DNA of 63,007 nt, the filler included, from Hausera hauseri (lineage: Eukaryota): assembly GCA_046269625.1 (NCBI GenBank). It is 12 parts of 12 records of this genome, joined end to end, with 100 filler letters (N's around TTAATTAATTAA, not from the genome) between each part and the next. Parts side by side here need not be neighbours in the genome. Positions count along the whole stretch, not along the records: positions 58,301 to 63,007 come from JBJURY010467578.1; 11 more parts are not named here. The stretch is one strand, 5' to 3'. A program made the translations under genes and the position numbers. The notes below the pieces were generated by a model that worked only from the letters and a program-made list of their open reading frames with translations, was not told the origin of the DNA and did not search any database. Position 1 is the stretch's first letter. Every line of letters starts with the position of its first letter. Below are positions 59,087-63,007 of the stretch, one piece after another.

Positions 59087-59720
59087 TGTTAGATTTTGGG
59101 ATGGGCCCTAATCGTCTCCCACTATCTAACAATGATTTATCGTAAGTTTTATTATTAGCAAGTACGGTTTACCGTTCTCGGTAAATCAGGATGTACCTAC
59201 TAGACTTTATCAGATTTTATATCAATTCGTGCAGGTACTGCGTGCGTCTCCTGTGCGGTAAGTTAATCGTAGGACTCTCCTATCTATATAATTTAAACGA
59301 AGATTTGAAAACTTAATGTTGTCTAGTCGATTTTAAGAATCGATGAAAAACTATAAGAGAAGAATTTTAAGACGGTTGAATTACAAAATATAATTGATAC
59401 CAATATTCAAATATCGAATGATTCCTCCGATCGCTATCGGCTGTTTCAGGAGTCTTCTCAACTTTCGGTATCTCATTGACAATTTGACGAATCGGCCGGT
59501 GTGATGCACGAATCTCGATTCACAATTTACTCGAATTCTCCGGTTCTCGTTTTCACAAATTGGCAAGTTCACGAATTTGTCTTCGCTATCGGATTTCGCT
59601 CCGAAACTGTTCTGTCTGATCGTAAAATCCATCTCTATATATACTAAACCCGTTTGTTAATTTCGTCACTTTTACGGGATTAAATCTCGATTAAATTTCT
59701 TTTTTTAGTTCCAAACTAGT
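59087..59720 (-). repeat. 5' LTR (U5/R and part of U3) of the 58301-58954 element; far boundary unknown
   Basis: Ends in CA next to the PBS; minus-strand TATATATA at about 59636-59643 followed about 30 nt later by CAGTT (initiator-like). Confidence 0.55.
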
Positions 59721-59859
59721 TGCACACAATTTTTCTACATTTTCGCGAATTTTGTTTTTTGATTATATAATCGCAGCATTTAGATTAACTACTGGATATC
59801 ACATAAATAATTTTCTAGTAATTTACAATGAAGCGCATGCAGTTCCAATGTATTTTTAT

Positions 59860-61000
59860 AATTTTACAAGTAGCTCGACATCCAAATTTATCAGCCTGTT
59901 TCTGCATTTATTTTCCACCTGGAGTAGTAATTAAAAATTTTGCTCACAGAGGTAATTAATTAGGAATGGAATTAAAATCTGCAGAGCTTTGTACCCTAGC
60001 TGTGGCAGTTTATTGGCCACATAAGTCCAGAGGTCACCCAGATTTTTTTCCTTAAATGCAATTTAAAGTTCTCCATTAGTAATTACGTCAATGGAGTCTT
60101 CCTCAATGCCTTGAAATGGCATGCCTTCTTTTACTACGAACGGATCCCGAATCCATGGCCTAGTTTCATCAGGAGTAAAGACGGGTTTGCTATGCAGATC
60201 CGGCGGATCGAAATCCAGAGTATCGCTCAGCTTATTGTCGCACATTTTAACTCAAATTGAATTCGAATTAAAGTTTTTAAAATATATTTATTTTAAATCC
60301 AATTTTTAAACAAATTAAAAAATAAATAATAATTTTACTTTTTATTTATTTTTTGCTGCCCAATTACTTCAGGGAAAGGAAAATATTCCCTTTAAGTCTT
60401 TCTTAAACTTTGCAAGTGAAGCACGATTGAACGAGTTTGTTCCATTCAGAGTCTCCTGTCACATATCTAGAAATGTTGATAGTTTTTGGAATGATTTCGC
60501 ATTTCCACTTTTGAGTCTTTTCTTCCACAACTTCAATTTTAGAATGGTTGCTTCAATTTTTTCCCAAACATGGAAACAACTTATCTTAGCTACTTGAAGT
60601 TTAGTATTTAGTTAATTAAAATAGTTGAAGATATCGGTTAGCTAGACTAATTTTGCAAGAAACTCTAAGTTGCTAAAATTTTCTGATGAAAAATTTTCAG
60701 AGTGTTACGTTTACGCGCGCTCTTTCATTAAGAATAACCTTACTTCATCGCGTATCTCCCGAAATCGAGTCATTATTTTTCCTTTGCATAGACACCTTAC
60801 TTCAGTATGCATTGGAATTGCGTAGTGCTCACTTTCCATTTCTTTACATAGTTCTGAGAATATCAGCGAATTCTGGGCACTACATTTTATAAAATTTACC
60901 ATTTTGACACATCCATCATATGTTTCTTTCAGTTCATTGTGATTTTTTGTGTCCAATGCTTCCCGATGGATAACACAGTGATGTTACTCGGCAGATGGCG
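59860..61000 (-). mobile_element. hAT transposase relic (Buster/ZBED5-like)
   Basis: HCVIHREAL; VKMVNFIK....NSLIFSELCKEMESEH....HTEVR.L.KGK; WIRDPF; dimerisation domain ALQILIPF..NYLCEQ.F and RNRL. Confidence 0.88.
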
Positions 61001-61002
61001 TT

Positions 61003-61195
61003 TGTGGTGCATACAGCGGCCGGTGCTCTTTGGCCCATTTGGTCGGGCACGGCCTGGCGTTAGTTGCCGCCGCGTCAGACCCATAATTTGGCCCGGTTCT
61101 CCGCCTCGAAATTTTACATTTCCTATCCTGCTCAAAAATTTCACGGTAAAAGGCTGTTAAAGCAAAACCTGTGAACCTCGACCACTCCTTAAACA
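61003..61195 (+). repeat. LTR copy of the 52823/40291 family; right boundary approximate
   Basis: TGTGGTGCATACAGCGGCCGGTGCTCTTTGGCCCATTTGGTCGGGCACGGCC...TCCGCCTCGAAATTTT. Confidence 0.72.
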
Positions 61196-61739
61196 GATGG
61201 AAAGAAATTACGACAGTACTCTGACAAATTCAAATGTGCCTCAATACGTTATCGTTTCATTCTAATTACAGAATGTATACGTATCAAACCACGATCCTCT
61301 GCAAAACGGTTGTGGTCCATCACTGTACACTTCCGCTACGAAAGACTCCCACATCGTTCCACCGGGATCTCCACGAACGTCGAAACGCAAACAGGACTTA
61401 ATCAGTATAAAATCCGTTTTAGCCAAATCTCCTATCTCATCCAATAAGGAATTTAACAACGTCATCATTCAGACTCATAATGACAATCTCACACCGATTT
61501 TTGTTGATAATCAATTGAGATTCAACTGTCCTACGAACTACCTCTTTTCAACGTCTCTCAGTCCCATTTATCCCAATCAGTCCGACGTTCCATCCAATGA
61601 TCTGAACATCAAACTCAAAACCTTACTCATCAATAATTTCCAGTCCGATTAGAATCTGTCCAATCAACAATTGCATCATGTAAAACAGTGCAATTTCAAA
61701 TTAAACACCGGCGGTACCCAAGTGAATTTTTTTCAACTA

Positions 61740-61860
61740 CAATCACACCTTAAAGCCGTTACGGATTTCAATTAGACGGAAGTCATTTTCGAATATAACG
61801 GTTTCGTCTGTCTAGGCGATGAATTCAATAAAGAATTTGAACAACGTTTGCAATATGCCA
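61740..61860 (+). pseudogene. Possible SET-domain (SETD5/KMT2E-like) fragment
   Basis: LKAVTDFN*TEVIFEYNGFVCLGDEF resembles LKA.RDL...TLIIEY.GKV.L..QF; short match. Confidence 0.35.
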
Positions 61861-61955
61861 AAATCTTTTGTCGATTGACATCCAGTCGACGGGCTCGAAA
61901 ATATCATCTATCACATTTTCGTTTAAACAAATTAGCCAATATCAAATGTTGGCTT

Positions 61956-62290
61956 TCATTGAGGTCTTATTTGAAGAAACGAGGACCGCAGAGATCGGTT
62001 GAAAGTATTATTAGCTGTGCATTCTATACGTTGCTGACAATGTTGTCTCTCGTTTGCGTTAACCTTCTTCAAAATAGCAATGATTCCATTCCAGTATAAC
62101 GTGTTGAAAGTCTTCACTCTCTCTGCTTGCTCAACGGTCCTTAGTGATACTCTTGGTTTCAAAATGAAATGGTACAAAATCAAGCTGAATCCCGCCAACT
62201 GGTAGTCTCTGTGTGCATTTCCCTATGTGTTTGGCGATAACTGATTTATTTTTTCTTTGCCTTTAAAGAACTGTCTGATTTGCCGATTTC
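61956..62290 (-). mobile_element. Possible pogo/Tigger-like transposase relic
   Basis: LAG..., then F..KPRVSLRTVEQAERVKTFN...IIAILKKV, resembling LSLRTPE...RA..FN......L..V; weak. Confidence 0.3.
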
Positions 62291-63007
62291 CCATGTGTGT
62301 GCGTGTTTATGTGTGTGTAAACCGCCGTCACAAATTTAGTGCATTTAGCTTTCCGATAAACTCAATCTATTTGCTTTGGAAGGGTTTATGGAAATTGTAA
62401 TCGTAAGAGAGATCATGATTCTTCCGATGTTATTCTGTTAATATTTTTATTTTCGTGACATTGCATATAACAGATTTTTCATAATTGCGTTATTGTAATT
62501 ATGTAATGTTATCATTTTTCCGTCCTTTCTTTTTTTTAATACATCCTCATGATCAGCTATAAAGATTATCAAACGATTGAAGGTTTCGAAGAACAGTTTT
62601 CAACAGAAATTCATTCTAAAATCACATGGGATCACATTCAAAATCTCGATAAGTTTTTCTCCAACGTTTAGTTTTCATCAACAACACGGATTTGACGTTA
62701 CGTTTATTGAATTTCTATTGCAGGTTCTGAAATTTTTCTTCATAATCTGGATTCAGTCGGTTTTTCCCAATTGTGTATTGTCGGCTTTAAAATTATCGAC
62801 AGAGATTCAACGCCCTTCCGATAACAACGTGTCGAAATTTTAACAAGGCGTGTTGAAAATCACGGATTTTTCAATTCCTGTTAAGACTTGTGTTGTTCTT
62901 TGCTTTAGTAGACAGGAATTTAACTGAACTTTGCAACAAAATAATAAACGGGTTAAATATAATTAATTTAACCTCGATTTGTTGGTGCGTGAGAATTGGG
63001 TTGTTTG

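Noticed and set aside
62480-63007. Coding-like sequence at the window end
   Set aside because: No recognisable motif and multiple stops

Overview
This window is not one locus. It is 12 short (about 4-7 kb) AT-rich eukaryotic contigs joined by identical 100-nt artificial spacers (44 N + TTAATTAATTAA + 44 N), so adjacency across a spacer has no biological meaning. The host is a metazoan invertebrate, possibly a flatworm/planarian; this is inferred from very short introns, a TRAF-like gene, a PGRP fragment and CsRn1-type retroelements, and is not proven. Contents: (i) five decayed Polinton/Maverick (adintovirus-like) protein-primed DNA polymerase B genes of two families, plus an adenain protease, a structured terminal region, a RING gene and a Cys-rich accessory ORF; (ii) six Ty3/Gypsy fragments with LTRs, PPTs, a PBS and solo LTRs; (iii) a Buster-type hAT transposase relic; (iv) mosaics of broken, apparently intronless host-gene fragments (CSE1L, SLC6, NOM1, EIF4ENIF1/4E-T, FBXO38, RECQL5, NSD-type PWWP, PGRP) and a spliced TRAF/MATH gene; (v) a 5.2-kb one-strand decayed polyprotein of unknown type, with a duplicated ~500-aa domain and repeated signal-peptide/transmembrane cassettes. 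The best novelty candidates are a ubiquitin-like domain ending in RGG fused in front of a Gypsy Gag (46896-47105), the unknown polyprotein (31647-36849), and a tandem Cys/His module at the N-terminus of both pPolB families. All homology calls come from recognising motifs by eye; no searches were run.
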